This document shows, piece by piece, positions 16,998 to 26,502 of a stretch of DNA of 64,000 nucleotides. Within the stretch, counting starts at the first letter, position 1. Every line of letters starts with the position of its first letter. The notes under the pieces were generated by a model. It ran no database searches. It saw only the letters and a program-made list of their open reading frames with translations, and was not told where the DNA came from. The stretch comes from Armatimonadota bacterium (lineage in GTDB: Bacteria; Armatimonadota; SYMT01), in contig JAWLHY010000001.1 of assembly GCA_041690135.1 (NCBI GenBank), positions 1,284,865 through 1,348,864 of the forward strand. Direction: 5' to 3'. The position numbers and the translations under genes are program-made.

Positions 16998-18725
16998 GTG
17001 AGCCAGGGACAAGAAGTGGAGAAGACGGTAACTTCGGCGGACTCCGCGGGTCGTCGCGAAGTGCCGACCGACTACATCCGGGAAGCGATCAAGGAAGACC
17101 TCCGCAACGGACGGTTCGACCGCGTGCACACGCGCTTTCCTCCGGAGCCGAACGCCTACCTGCACATCGGGCACGCGAAGGCCGTCTGGATCGACTACGG
17201 CATCGCGCTGGACTTCGGCGGGTTGTTCAACCTGCGCTTCGATGATACGAACCCGGTGCGCGAAGATCAGGAGTTTGTGGACGGCATTATCGAGGACGTG
17301 CGCTGGCTCGGTGCCGACTGGGGTGACCGGCTCTGCTTCGCATCCGACTACTTCGAGCAGATGTACGCGTGGGCTCTTGACCTGATCCGCAAGGGTAAGG
17401 CCTACGTGTGCGATCTTACGGCGGAGGAGCTGAGCGCCACCCGCGGCACCCTCACCACTCCGGGCCAGGAAAGTCCCTTCCGGAACCGCAGCGTGGAGGA
17501 GAACCTGGACCTGTTCGCGCGCATGCGGGCCGGCGAATTTCCCGACGGCGCCCGGACGCTCCGCGCGAAGATCGACATGGCCTCGCCGAACATGGTCATG
17601 CGCGATCCCGTGATGTACCGCATCCTTCATACCAAGCACCATCGCCAGGGCGATAAGTGGTGCATCTACCCGACCTACGACTGGGCCCACGGCCTCGAGG
17701 ATTCCATCGAGGGGGTCACCCACTCCCTCTGCTCGCAGGAGTACGAGATCCACCGGCCGCTCTATGACTGGTTCCTGGATGAACTGGACATCTATCATCC
17801 GCGCCAGATCGAGTTCGCGCGCCTGAACCTGACCCACACCGTGATGAGCAAGCGCCGCTTCATCGAGCTGGTGAACGGAGGGCACGTCCAGGGCTACGAC
17901 GATCCCCGGCTGCCGACGCTCGCCGGGCTGCGCCGCCGCGGCTACACGCCCGAAGCGATTCGGGAGTTCTGCCGTCGGATCGGCGTCTCTAAGACGGATA
18001 GCTGCGTGGAAGTGGCGTACCTGGAAGACTGCGTCCGCGAGGACCTGAACCGGTGGTCGCCCCGCGTGATGTCTGTGCTGGACCCGCTGAAGGTGGTGCT
18101 GGTGAACTACCCCGAGGGCCAGACGGAAGAGCTCGACGTCATCAACAACCCCGAGGATCCCGCCGCCGGAACCCGCAAGGTGACCTTCGCCCGCGAGCTG
18201 TACATCGAGCGCGACGACTTCCGCGAGGAGCCGCCGCCCAAGTTCTTCCGGCTGGCTCCCGGTCGTGAGGTCCGGCTGCGGAACGCCTACCTGGTCCGGT
18301 GCGTGGACGTGATCAAGGACGCGGAAGGCAACGTCACCGAGGTCCACTGCACCTACGATCCGGAGACCCGCGGTGGGGATGCGCCGGACGGACGCAAGGT
18401 AAAGGCTACCCTGCACTGGCTCGCGGCCCCGGCAGCCGTTCCGGCCGAGGTCCGGCTCTACGACCACCTGTTCGTGAAACCGGATCCGGACGACGTGGAG
18501 CCCGGCCAGACCTACTTCGACAATCTCAACCCGAACTCGCTGAAGGTGGTCTCGGGATTTGTGGAACCGGCCGTAGCCGAAGCGGCCCCCGGCACGCGCT
18601 ACCAGTTCGAGCGCCTGGGTTACTTCTGCGTGGACAAGGAATCCACGCCGGAGAGACCCGTCTTCAACCGGACAGTTACCCTCCGCGATACCTGGGCCAA
18701 AATCGAAAAGCGCACGGGCAAGTAA
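16998..18725 (+). CDS. glnS: Glutamine--tRNA ligase
   Basis: [16 protein letters not shown] (HIGH) and VMSKR (KMSKS) class I motifs. Length and pattern fit GlnRS. Confidence 0.95.
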   Translation: MSQGQEVEKTVTSADSAGRREVPTDYIREAIKEDLRNGRFDRVHTRFPPEPNAYLHIGHAKAVWIDYGIALDFGGLFNLRFDDTNPVREDQEFVDGIIEDVRWLGADWGDRLCFASDYFEQMYAWALDLIRKGKAYVCDLTAEELSATRGTLTTPGQESPFRNRSVEENLDLFARMRAGEFPDGARTLRAKIDMASPNMVMRDPVMYRILHTKHHRQGDKWCIYPTYDWAHGLEDSIEGVTHSLCSQEYEIHRPLYDWFLDELDIYHPRQIEFARLNLTHTVMSKRRFIELVNGGHVQGYDDPRLPTLAGLRRRGYTPEAIREFCRRIGVSKTDSCVEVAYLEDCVREDLNRWSPRVMSVLDPLKVVLVNYPEGQTEELDVINNPEDPAAGTRKVTFARELYIERDDFREEPPPKFFRLAPGREVRLRNAYLVRCVDVIKDAEGNVTEVHCTYDPETRGGDAPDGRKVKATLHWLAAPAAVPAEVRLYDHLFVKPDPDDVEPGQTYFDNLNPNSLKVVSGFVEPAVAEAAPGTRYQFERLGYFCVDKESTPERPVFNRTVTLRDTWAKIEKRTGK

Positions 18726-18852
18726 CCGCCTGATCGTATTCGTGACGGCCGACCACCGCCCCAACGGAGGAGGCGCAGGTCCGGAGCACAAAACCTATGG
18801 GCGTGAAGCGCAAGACGGACTTGCGCTTCACGCCCTTTGCATTTGGCACAGC

Positions 18853-20823
18853 ATGAAACCTCTCCCTCTCGCTTATCGCCAGGTCCACCTCGACTTCCAC
18901 ACTTCGGAACTGATCACCGGGATCGGCCGCGACTTCGATGCCGGCCGCTTCGCGCGCACGCTCAAAGAAGCGCACGTTAATTCCGTGACCTGCTTCTCCC
19001 GCTGCCACCACGGGATGATCTACCACGACACCCGGTTCCCCGCGCGGCATCCGCACCTGGAAGTCAACCTGCTCCAGGAGCAGATCGAGGCCTGTCACGC
19101 GGAGGGCATCCGGGTGCCGATCTACATCAGCGTGGGCTTCGACGAGTTCATGGCCCGGCGCCATCCGGAATGGGTGGAACTGGGCGGGGACGGAAAGGTC
19201 CGGGGCGCGGCGCCGCTGGAGGCGGGCTGGCGCAAACTCTGTCTCAATACCCCCTACATCGATTACGTCTCCGAGCAGACGCAGGAAGTGCTGTCCCTCT
19301 TCCCCACGGATGGGCTGTTTTTCGACATCATCCACCAGGGGCCGTGCTGTTGTCGCTGGTGCATGGAGGGCATGCAGGCGGAGGGCGTCGACCCGGAAGA
19401 CGAAGGTCAGCGGAAGGCCTACGCGCGAGAAGTGCTGAACCGCCTCCGGACACGCATCACCCGGGAGGTGCGCGAGGTCAACCCGGACTGCCTGATCTTC
19501 TGGAACAGCGGCCACGTGGACCCCACCTTCCGGCCGGTGCTCCACACCTTCTCCCACCTGGAGATCGAGAGCCTCCCCAGTGGCGGGTGGGGCTATGATC
19601 ATTTCCCCACTTCGGTCCGCTACGCCCGCAACCTGGGCCTCGACCACCTGGGGATGACCGGCAAGTTCCACAAGACCTGGGCCGGTTTCGGGGAGTTCAA
19701 GAACCCTCCGGCCCTGGAGTACGACTGCTTCACCGCCCTGGCCGAAGGCAGCAAATGCTCCATCGGCGACCAGCTCCATCCCAACGGGGAGCTGGACCCC
19801 GCCACGTACGAGCTCATCGGGGGCGTCTATGCGCAAGTGGCAGCCCGCGAGCCGTGGTGCGCCGGGGCGAAGGCGGTGACGGAGATCGCCATCTTCAATC
19901 CGGAGGCCATTGGGGTCCACGATGGCCGGGTCGATACCTCCGCGGGTGGCGCGCACCGGATGCTGGTGGAGGCCCACTACCAGCACGACATGGTGGACGA
20001 GGAGATGGACTGGTCTCGCTACCGGGTCCTGATCTTACCGGACAAAATCCGCCTCCACGACGCGCTCGCCGCGAAGTTCCGGGCTTATCTCGCCCAGGGA
20101 GGCAGCCTCATCGCCTCCCATCTCTCGGGGTTGGCCGCGGACCGCGACGAGTTTGTTCTGCCGGAACTCGGCGTGACCTACCGCGGTGTAGCGCCCTTTT
20201 CACCGGACTACGTGGCGCCGGGACCGGAGATCGCCGCGGGCATCCCGGCGAGCCAGCACGTGATGTACGAGCGCGGCCTGGAGGTGGAGACGAAAGGCGC
20301 GGAGGAGTTGGCACGCGTTTGGCACCCCTATTTCAACCGCACCTACGCGCACTTCTGCAGCCACCGTCATACCCCTGCGGAGAAAGAGAGCCCCTTCCCG
20401 GCTGTAACCCGGAACGGGCGGGTGATCTACTTCGCCCATCCCCTCTTCGCCGCGTTCAAACAGCACGGCCTTCGGGTCTATAAGCAGCTCTTCCTGAACG
20501 CCCTTCGCCTGCTGCTTCCCGAGCCCCTGATCGCGACCGACGCCCCCTCCACGGCCCGGATCTCGCTCGCCCGCCAGGACAATCCGGTCCGTACGATCGT
20601 CCATCTCCTCCACTACATCCCGGAACAGCGCTACCGCGAGACGCCCATGGTCGAGGAAGCGCTGCCGCTCTTCAACGTGAGCCTGGCCGTCCGCCTGGAC
20701 CACGAACCCGCCCGCGTTTACCTCGCCCCGGATGGCGCTTCCCTCCCTTTCACCTGGTCCAACGGCAGGGTTCACCTCACCGTCCCTGAAGCTCGCGGCC
20801 ACGTGATGGTGGTGTTCGAATGA
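18853..20823 (+). CDS. Putative glycoside hydrolase (beta-galactosidase/GH42-like TIM barrel with trimerisation-like domain)
   Basis: MKPLPLAYRQVHLDFHTSE... N-terminus, as in PVC-clade proteins annotated beta-galactosidase trimerisation-domain protein. Function is inferred from memory. Confidence 0.7.
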   Translation: MKPLPLAYRQVHLDFHTSELITGIGRDFDAGRFARTLKEAHVNSVTCFSRCHHGMIYHDTRFPARHPHLEVNLLQEQIEACHAEGIRVPIYISVGFDEFMARRHPEWVELGGDGKVRGAAPLEAGWRKLCLNTPYIDYVSEQTQEVLSLFPTDGLFFDIIHQGPCCCRWCMEGMQAEGVDPEDEGQRKAYAREVLNRLRTRITREVREVNPDCLIFWNSGHVDPTFRPVLHTFSHLEIESLPSGGWGYDHFPTSVRYARNLGLDHLGMTGKFHKTWAGFGEFKNPPALEYDCFTALAEGSKCSIGDQLHPNGELDPATYELIGGVYAQVAAREPWCAGAKAVTEIAIFNPEAIGVHDGRVDTSAGGAHRMLVEAHYQHDMVDEEMDWSRYRVLILPDKIRLHDALAAKFRAYLAQGGSLIASHLSGLAADRDEFVLPELGVTYRGVAPFSPDYVAPGPEIAAGIPASQHVMYERGLEVETKGAEELARVWHPYFNRTYAHFCSHRHTPAEKESPFPAVTRNGRVIYFAHPLFAAFKQHGLRVYKQLFLNALRLLLPEPLIATDAPSTARISLARQDNPVRTIVHLLHYIPEQRYRETPMVEEALPLFNVSLAVRLDHEPARVYLAPDGASLPFTWSNGRVHLTVPEARGHVMVVFE

Positions 20824-20885
20824 GGGTGATCGCAGTTGGCAATAATTGCCATCAAGAGGTAGACTCTGATCCAGGAGGAAGATCC

Positions 20886-21170
20886 ATGGCGGTCGAAACA
20901 ATCAACTTCTCCTTACCGGAGCCACTCAAGCGTTTCGTTGATGAGCGAGTAGCCGGAGGCGGTTACAGCAGTGCGAGCGAGTACTTGCGCGAACTGATTC
21001 GAAAGGATCAGGAACGGCAAGACCGGCAGCACTTGCTGGTCGAAAAACTGGAAGCATTGCTGCTCGAAGGGTTGAATAGCGGCGAAGCAATCGAATGGAC
21101 GCCGGAATACCGGGCTCAACGTCGGGAACGTCTGATTGCGAGAGCTAAAGCGGAAGGTTGCCGGCCGTAG
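20886..21170 (+). CDS. parD: ParD-family type II antitoxin (RHH)
   Basis: INFSLPEPLKRFVDERVAGGGYSSASEYLRELIRKDQER. GGAGGAAG RBS. Confidence 0.8.
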   Translation: MAVETINFSLPEPLKRFVDERVAGGGYSSASEYLRELIRKDQERQDRQHLLVEKLEALLLEGLNSGEAIEWTPEYRAQRRERLIARAKAEGCRP

Positions 21171-21174
21171 GAAC

Positions 21175-21498
21175 ATGAACCCCCTCGCGATTAACGTACA
21201 TCCACGCGCCGAAGAGGACTTGGAAGATGCGTTCATGTACTTCTCGCGTCGGGCGGGCATCAGTGTGGCCGAGAAGTTTGATGACGCCGTCGGCCGGACT
21301 TTGAGCTTGCTGGCGGAACAGCCCGAACTGGGGGCGACCGCAACCTTCCGCTCCCGCGGGCTTGCGGACGTCCGAAGATGGGCCGTTCCGGAGTTCAGAA
21401 GCTACCTCATTTTCTACCGTTTGACGGAAAGGTCTATCGAAGTTCTCCGGGTTCTTCACGGAGCACGCGACCTGGAGCCGCTCCTTCTCGAGGAGTAA
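21175..21498 (+). CDS. parE: ParE/RelE-family type II toxin
   Basis: Starts 4 nt after the parD stop. Conserved ...YLIFYRL..E.IEVLRVLHGARDL C-terminal pattern. Confidence 0.8.
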   Translation: MNPLAINVHPRAEEDLEDAFMYFSRRAGISVAEKFDDAVGRTLSLLAEQPELGATATFRSRGLADVRRWAVPEFRSYLIFYRLTERSIEVLRVLHGARDLEPLLLEE

Positions 21499-21654
21499 AC
21501 CGAGGGACTTTCGAGCCCCCCGCCGTCCGCAAAGCTAGACAATGAATACTTCAGGTGGGCGACCGCTCCGACGTCAACGATTACTCATGCAACAGGGGGC
21601 GGGTCGCGGACGTCCTTCTGTCTGGAACACCAACGCGTAGAGGAGCCAGCCGTC

Positions 21655-23097
21655 GTGCACTGTAAGCGATTCATCCCCCGACCCCTTACCCGCCGCGAGA
21701 TGCTGGCGACGGGCGCCAACGGTTTCGGCCTGGTGGCGCTGATGAGCCTCCTGGCGGAGGAGGCGGAAGCGGCCGCACCCAAAACGGTTCCCACGCGCGA
21801 CCGGAAACTCAACCCGCTCGCTCCCGCGCCCACCCACTACGCGGCTAAAGCGAAGAGCGTGATTTTCCTCTTCATGGACGGCGGACCCTCCCAGGTGGAC
21901 ACCTTCGATCCGAAGCCGCGCCTGATCAAGGAGCATGGCCAGCCGATCAAGATGAAGGTGCCGGCTACCCAGTTCGACAACGTGGGGAACGTGCTCAAGT
22001 CACCCTGGGAGTTCCGCCAGTACGGGGAGAGCGGACTGCCGATCAGCGACCTCTTTCCGCACGTGGCCACGTGCGCCGACGACCTGGCGATCGTCCGCTC
22101 GATGACCTCCAACTTCTCGGAGCACACCAACGCCAACTATTTCATCCACTCCGGCAGCGGTGTCCAGGGGCGACCCAGCATGGGCGCCTGGGCAACCTAT
22201 GGCCTCGGCTCGGAATGCCAAAATCTGCCGGGGTTCCTGGTTCTCAATAGTGGGATGATTCCGCCGGGCGGGTTGGACTGTTTCAACAGCGGATTTCTGC
22301 CGGCTACTTATCAGGGCTCGATGTTCCGGAACGGGTTCGAGCCGGTGGCGGATCTACGCCCCAGCGAGGCGAACCCGGAACTCCAGGAGAACAAGCTGGC
22401 CCTGCTGCGGCAGCTCGACCAGGGCGCCGCGCAGCGGGCCGGGCACGATGACCGCGTGGAGGCGGCCATCCGCAATTACGAGCTCGCCTTCCGAATGCAG
22501 ACCGCCGTCCCCGACCTGATGGACCTGAAGGGCGAGTCCGAAGTGACGAAGAAGCTCTACGGTTTGGACGACAAATCCACTCAGACCTTCGGTCAGCAGT
22601 GCCTGGTGGCACGGCGTCTGGTGGAGCGCGGCGTGCGCTTCATCGAGTTGCTTTGCCCGCACGTGGGCCACGACCGCTGGGACCAGCACGGCAACCTGCG
22701 CGAGGGGCACGCGACCAACGCCCAGGCCGTTGACAAGCCGATCGCCGGCCTACTCAAGGATCTGAAAAGTCGTGGGATGCTCGAGAGCACTCTCGTGGTG
22801 TGGGCGGGCGAGTTCGGCCGCACCCCCATGGCCCAGGGCGCCAACGGAAGGGATCACAATCCCTTTGGCTTTTCCATCTGGCTCGCCGGTGGTGGCATTA
22901 AGGGCGGAACGGCGTATGGGGAGACGGACGAATACGGCTACTTCGCCATCCGGGACAAGGTCTCCATCCACGACCTGCACGCGACCATGCTCCACCTGAT
23001 GGGCATGGACCACAAGCGCCTCACCTATCGCTTCAGCGGCCGCGACATGCGCCTCACTGACGTACATGGTGAGGTCATCCAGGATATCCTTGCTTGA
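21655..23097 (+). CDS. DUF1501 (sulfatase-like) protein with Tat signal
   Basis: Tat-type leader (TRREMLATGANGFGLVALMS); the body matches the DUF1501 pattern (FLFMDGGPSQVDTFDPKP...). GTG start with an AGAGGAG RBS. Confidence 0.9.
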   Translation: MHCKRFIPRPLTRREMLATGANGFGLVALMSLLAEEAEAAAPKTVPTRDRKLNPLAPAPTHYAAKAKSVIFLFMDGGPSQVDTFDPKPRLIKEHGQPIKMKVPATQFDNVGNVLKSPWEFRQYGESGLPISDLFPHVATCADDLAIVRSMTSNFSEHTNANYFIHSGSGVQGRPSMGAWATYGLGSECQNLPGFLVLNSGMIPPGGLDCFNSGFLPATYQGSMFRNGFEPVADLRPSEANPELQENKLALLRQLDQGAAQRAGHDDRVEAAIRNYELAFRMQTAVPDLMDLKGESEVTKKLYGLDDKSTQTFGQQCLVARRLVERGVRFIELLCPHVGHDRWDQHGNLREGHATNAQAVDKPIAGLLKDLKSRGMLESTLVVWAGEFGRTPMAQGANGRDHNPFGFSIWLAGGGIKGGTAYGETDEYGYFAIRDKVSIHDLHATMLHLMGMDHKRLTYRFSGRDMRLTDVHGEVIQDILA

Positions 23098-23508
23098 TCA
23101 GTCGCTTTCGGCGCTGACGTGCTCGAACAGCTTGCGGAACTTCTCGGCCTCGATATCGGTGACGCTGGAAGCCACGAGCTCCAGGCAGTAGAGCCAGAGG
23201 ATGACCACCGCTTTCTCGGCGGGCAGTTCGAGCGTACGGCAGAGAAAGTCGCGGACGATCGCTTCGTAGGAGCCTTCCGGCTCGTTGAGAGTGATCCGGC
23301 CCACCGGGTTGTGGCTGCCCTCGACCCGAGGCTGGACCGTATCCAGGAACTCGCGCACGTTGGCCGGTGTCATCCGGCTGAGATCGCCGCCGAACTGGTA
23401 TTTGACTAGCTTCCGGAATTCCTTGAGCGTCACCGCGGCATCTCCCCGGGCTGTACGAGATCGCCGCCCCCCGCGACCTCTACGTATTAGACGCAATGAA
23501 CGGGCCAT
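23098..23508 (-). CDS. Hypothetical protein
   Basis: ORF directly abutting the DUF1501 stop, tail to tail. A likely later start is MTPANV at about 23373. Confidence 0.45.
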   Translation of the reverse strand: MARSLRLIRRGRGGRRSRTARGDAAVTLKEFRKLVKYQFGGDLSRMTPANVREFLDTVQPRVEGSHNPVGRITLNEPEGSYEAIVRDFLCRTLELPAEKAVVILWLYCLELVASSVTDIEAEKFRKLFEHVSAESD

Positions 23509-23573
23509 TGGTTCCGAAGGAACCGGGCCCTTTCCCGGCGCCCAGGCGACAATTCACCTCATTCACCTCCGGT

Positions 23574-24539
23574 TTACCCGGATTGCGAGGCGAGAAACGC
23601 TTGGACGCGCTCGCGGGTAGGTAGGGCCGGGATGGCGCCTTTCTGCTGGCAGGTGATCGCTCCGATAGCGTTGGCAAAACGACCGATCTGCGCGAGTGCT
23701 TCGGCAGTCAGTGCTGTGGGATCGGAACTCTCCAGCAATCCGGTCAGCAATCCGGCCACGAAGCCGTCTCCCGCCCCGGTCGTGTCCACCGCCTGCACCG
23801 CATATCCGGGGACAGAGGCCCGGCTCCCAGCAGTGGCGAGCAGGCAGCCATGCGATCCCTGCGTCAGCGCCACTAAACGGGGACCTGCTTCGAGGAGCCG
23901 ATCGAGGTAAGTATCGACCGGCGCGGGACCGAAAAGGAACTCCGCTTCCTCTTCACTCACTTTGACGAGATCCGACAGGGGGAGCGCCTCCCGGATTTCG
24001 CGCCGGGCATGCTCGAGATCAGCCCAAAGCGGTGGGCGGAGGTTGGGGTCGAAGCTGATGAGGCTGCCGTTTCGGCGGGAACGGTGAAGCGCATCCAGGG
24101 TGGCGGCGCGGCTGGGGTCCTGGATCAGCGAGATGGAGCCGAAGTGGTAGATCCGGCATCCTTCCAGGGCGGCATCCGGAATATCCTTCGGGCGGTGACG
24201 CATGTCGGCACTGGGGTTCCGGTAGAACACGAAGTCCCGCTCCCCATTGGCCTGTAGAGACACGAAAGCGAGGCCCGTACGGGCCTCGCCGTCGAAGGTC
24301 ACGAACCGCGTGTCAACGCCCGCACCGGAGAGGGTCTGCTCCAGGAAGTGACCGAAGGGATCATCCCCCACCCTTCCGAGGAACGCCGTGTCTACGCCCA
24401 GGCGAGCCAGGCCCACCGCCACGTTCGCAGGCGCTCCGCCGGGCGCCTTGCGGAAGCCGGGGCACTCAATAAGAGTGACCCCGGCCGTATCCGCCACGAA
24501 GTCGACCAGTGCCTCCCCGAGGGTGACGACGGTGGGCAT
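23574..24539 (-). CDS. PfkB-family carbohydrate kinase (fructokinase-like)
   Basis: N-terminal GEALVDF...GGAPANVAVGLARLG and C-terminal DTTGAGDGFVAGLL motifs. Confidence 0.9.
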   Translation of the reverse strand: MPTVVTLGEALVDFVADTAGVTLIECPGFRKAPGGAPANVAVGLARLGVDTAFLGRVGDDPFGHFLEQTLSGAGVDTRFVTFDGEARTGLAFVSLQANGERDFVFYRNPSADMRHRPKDIPDAALEGCRIYHFGSISLIQDPSRAATLDALHRSRRNGSLISFDPNLRPPLWADLEHARREIREALPLSDLVKVSEEEAEFLFGPAPVDTYLDRLLEAGPRLVALTQGSHGCLLATAGSRASVPGYAVQAVDTTGAGDGFVAGLLTGLLESSDPTALTAEALAQIGRFANAIGAITCQQKGAIPALPTRERVQAFLASQSG

Positions 24540-24545
24540 TGCGGC

Positions 24546-25583
24546 TTACTTGTTGATGAGGGAAACGACTTCTTCCCAGTTCTCGATCGGAACGGTCTTC
24601 AGTCTCTCCAGGGCAGCCTGCAGCGGCTTGGCCACCACCTGGGTGCCCTCCAGCGCGGCCATGTGGCCCCACTGGCCGTCGCGGACCATATCGGCGGCCT
24701 TGATGCCGACCCGCGAGCCGAGCACGCGGTCGAACAGCGTGGGCGAGCCGCCTCGCTGCACGTGCCCGAGGGTCACCGAACGGGTTTCGATACCCAGGCC
24801 CTTCTCGATCTCACTGGCCAGGTACTCACCCACTTCCCGGTGGGACAGGATGGCGTGGCCAAAGTCGTCCAGCTTCATGTCGCCCGTGTCGGCGGCCGGA
24901 AGCTCGGTGCCCTCAGACGCGACGATGAGACCGTAGGTCTTACCGCGAGCCCGCTTGCGCTTGAGGGCGGCCAGCATGGCCTCCATGTCCAGTTCCACCT
25001 CGGGCAGAGTGATCCAGTCCGCGCCGGCGGCGATGCCCACGTGCAGCGCCACCCAGCCCGCGTGCCGGCCCATCACTTCCAGCACCAGGATGCGGCGGTG
25101 GCTCTTGGCGGTGTCCATGAGCCGGTCGGCCGCGTCGAGCGCCACACCCGCGGCGCTGTCGAAGCCGAAGGTGTAGTCGGTGGCGTTCAGGTCGTTGTCC
25201 ATCGTCTTCGGGACCCCGACCACGTGGAGGCCGTAGTGCGTGTGGAACTTGTGCGCCACGCCCAGCGTGTCTTCCCCGCCCAGGGCAATCAGGGCGTCCA
25301 GCTCCAGCCGCTTCCAGGTCTCCAGGCACTGCTGGAGGGAATCCTCGGCTCCTTTGCGGAACGGGTTGGTCCGCGAGGAGCCGAGCATCGTGCCGCCTTC
25401 GCGGATGATCGTCTCGACCCGCTCCAGCGTCAGTTCGGTGGTGATTCCCTCCACGAGGCCCTTCCACCCCAGTTCCAGTCCGACGAATTCGAAGCCGTGG
25501 TCGAGCCCTCGCATGAAGGCTCCGCGGATCGCCGGGTTCAATCCGGGGCAGTCGCCCCCGCCGGTCAGGATCCCAACGCGCAT
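24546..25583 (-). CDS. pfp: 6-phosphofructokinase, probably PPi-dependent
   Basis: GGGDCPGLN, GGEDT and PKTMDND motifs. Asp at the E. coli Gly104 position and Lys at the Gly124 position are hallmarks of PPi-PFK. Confidence 0.9.
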   Translation of the reverse strand: MRVGILTGGGDCPGLNPAIRGAFMRGLDHGFEFVGLELGWKGLVEGITTELTLERVETIIREGGTMLGSSRTNPFRKGAEDSLQQCLETWKRLELDALIALGGEDTLGVAHKFHTHYGLHVVGVPKTMDNDLNATDYTFGFDSAAGVALDAADRLMDTAKSHRRILVLEVMGRHAGWVALHVGIAAGADWITLPEVELDMEAMLAALKRKRARGKTYGLIVASEGTELPAADTGDMKLDDFGHAILSHREVGEYLASEIEKGLGIETRSVTLGHVQRGGSPTLFDRVLGSRVGIKAADMVRDGQWGHMAALEGTQVVAKPLQAALERLKTVPIENWEEVVSLINK

Positions 25584-25651
25584 GTGTGTCTCCTGTACTC
25601 CTAAAACTCCACAAGGATCCCGCAGCGCGTGAGGGCCGGCGGGGTCACTTG

Positions 25652-26206
25652 CTACACATCCAGTTCGAGCAGGCCGTATCCTTCGTTACGTCGATGATAA
25701 AGGATACTGACCCGGTCCGTCTCGGCGTTGATGAACGCAAAGAAGTCGTGGTTCAAAAGCTCCATCTGCAGCGAAGCTTCCTCCACGGACATGGGTTTTA
25801 TCGCAAAGCGCTTCCGCCTGACCACGCCGGGACCCGTCTCGGCGGCTCCGGCTTCTTCTTCCGGTAGCTCCGCCAGCTGCGCCATGGCGGCGGCCACGGT
25901 CGGCGCGTCCGCCCGGCCCTTGTGGGACATCACCTTGCCCTTGAATCGCCGGACCTGCTGCTCCAGTTTTTCCGTCACGCCGTCGAACGCCGCCATCACG
26001 TCACTGGCGCGCTCTTCCGCCCGGAGCAAAACGCCGTCCAGGTCCAGTTGGACTTCCACGATCTGCCAGTTGCGCTGCACGCTGTGCGTGACATGCGCTT
26101 CCCGCGCCGTCCGGAAGTAGCGAGCCAGCCGCTGCAGCTTCTTCTCGGCATACTCGCGCTCGCGGTCGGTGATGTGGACGGACTTTCCGTTAAACGTTAC
26201 TCGCAT
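25652..26206 (-). CDS. hpf: Ribosome hibernation promoting factor, long form
   Basis: N-terminal sigma-54-modulation-like domain plus a C-terminal dimerisation domain (FAIKPMSVEEA...). Confidence 0.92.
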   Translation of the reverse strand: MRVTFNGKSVHITDREREYAEKKLQRLARYFRTAREAHVTHSVQRNWQIVEVQLDLDGVLLRAEERASDVMAAFDGVTEKLEQQVRRFKGKVMSHKGRADAPTVAAAMAQLAELPEEEAGAAETGPGVVRRKRFAIKPMSVEEASLQMELLNHDFFAFINAETDRVSILYHRRNEGYGLLELDV

Positions 26207-26502
26207 GGGACATCCCTCTGTCTGCCTGTTGTGAAGTTGTCGCTCCGTAGAGCAGTCTCATCATACCCCGTTGCGCCAAAACCGCTGCCGGTCGCCGCGC
26301 AATTTGCTGAGAAGTCGGGCACGACCGTGCTTATCCGAACATTATACAGGCTCACCTGCTATCAGAGTCCACGGTCGCCCAGGCCTACCACAGGATCGGC
26401 CACAATCCAGCGCGAGATCACGCGGGCCGGAGGGACCGGGTGCATTGATGCCGAACCATCCGTTACTGTCAACGCTCATCTCAGGACGTAGAGGGCTTCA
26501 CA

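Noticed and set aside
16824-18791. 655-aa ORF on the minus strand
   Set aside because: Antisense to glnS, with Arg/Gly/Ala-rich composition typical of GC-rich shadow ORFs.
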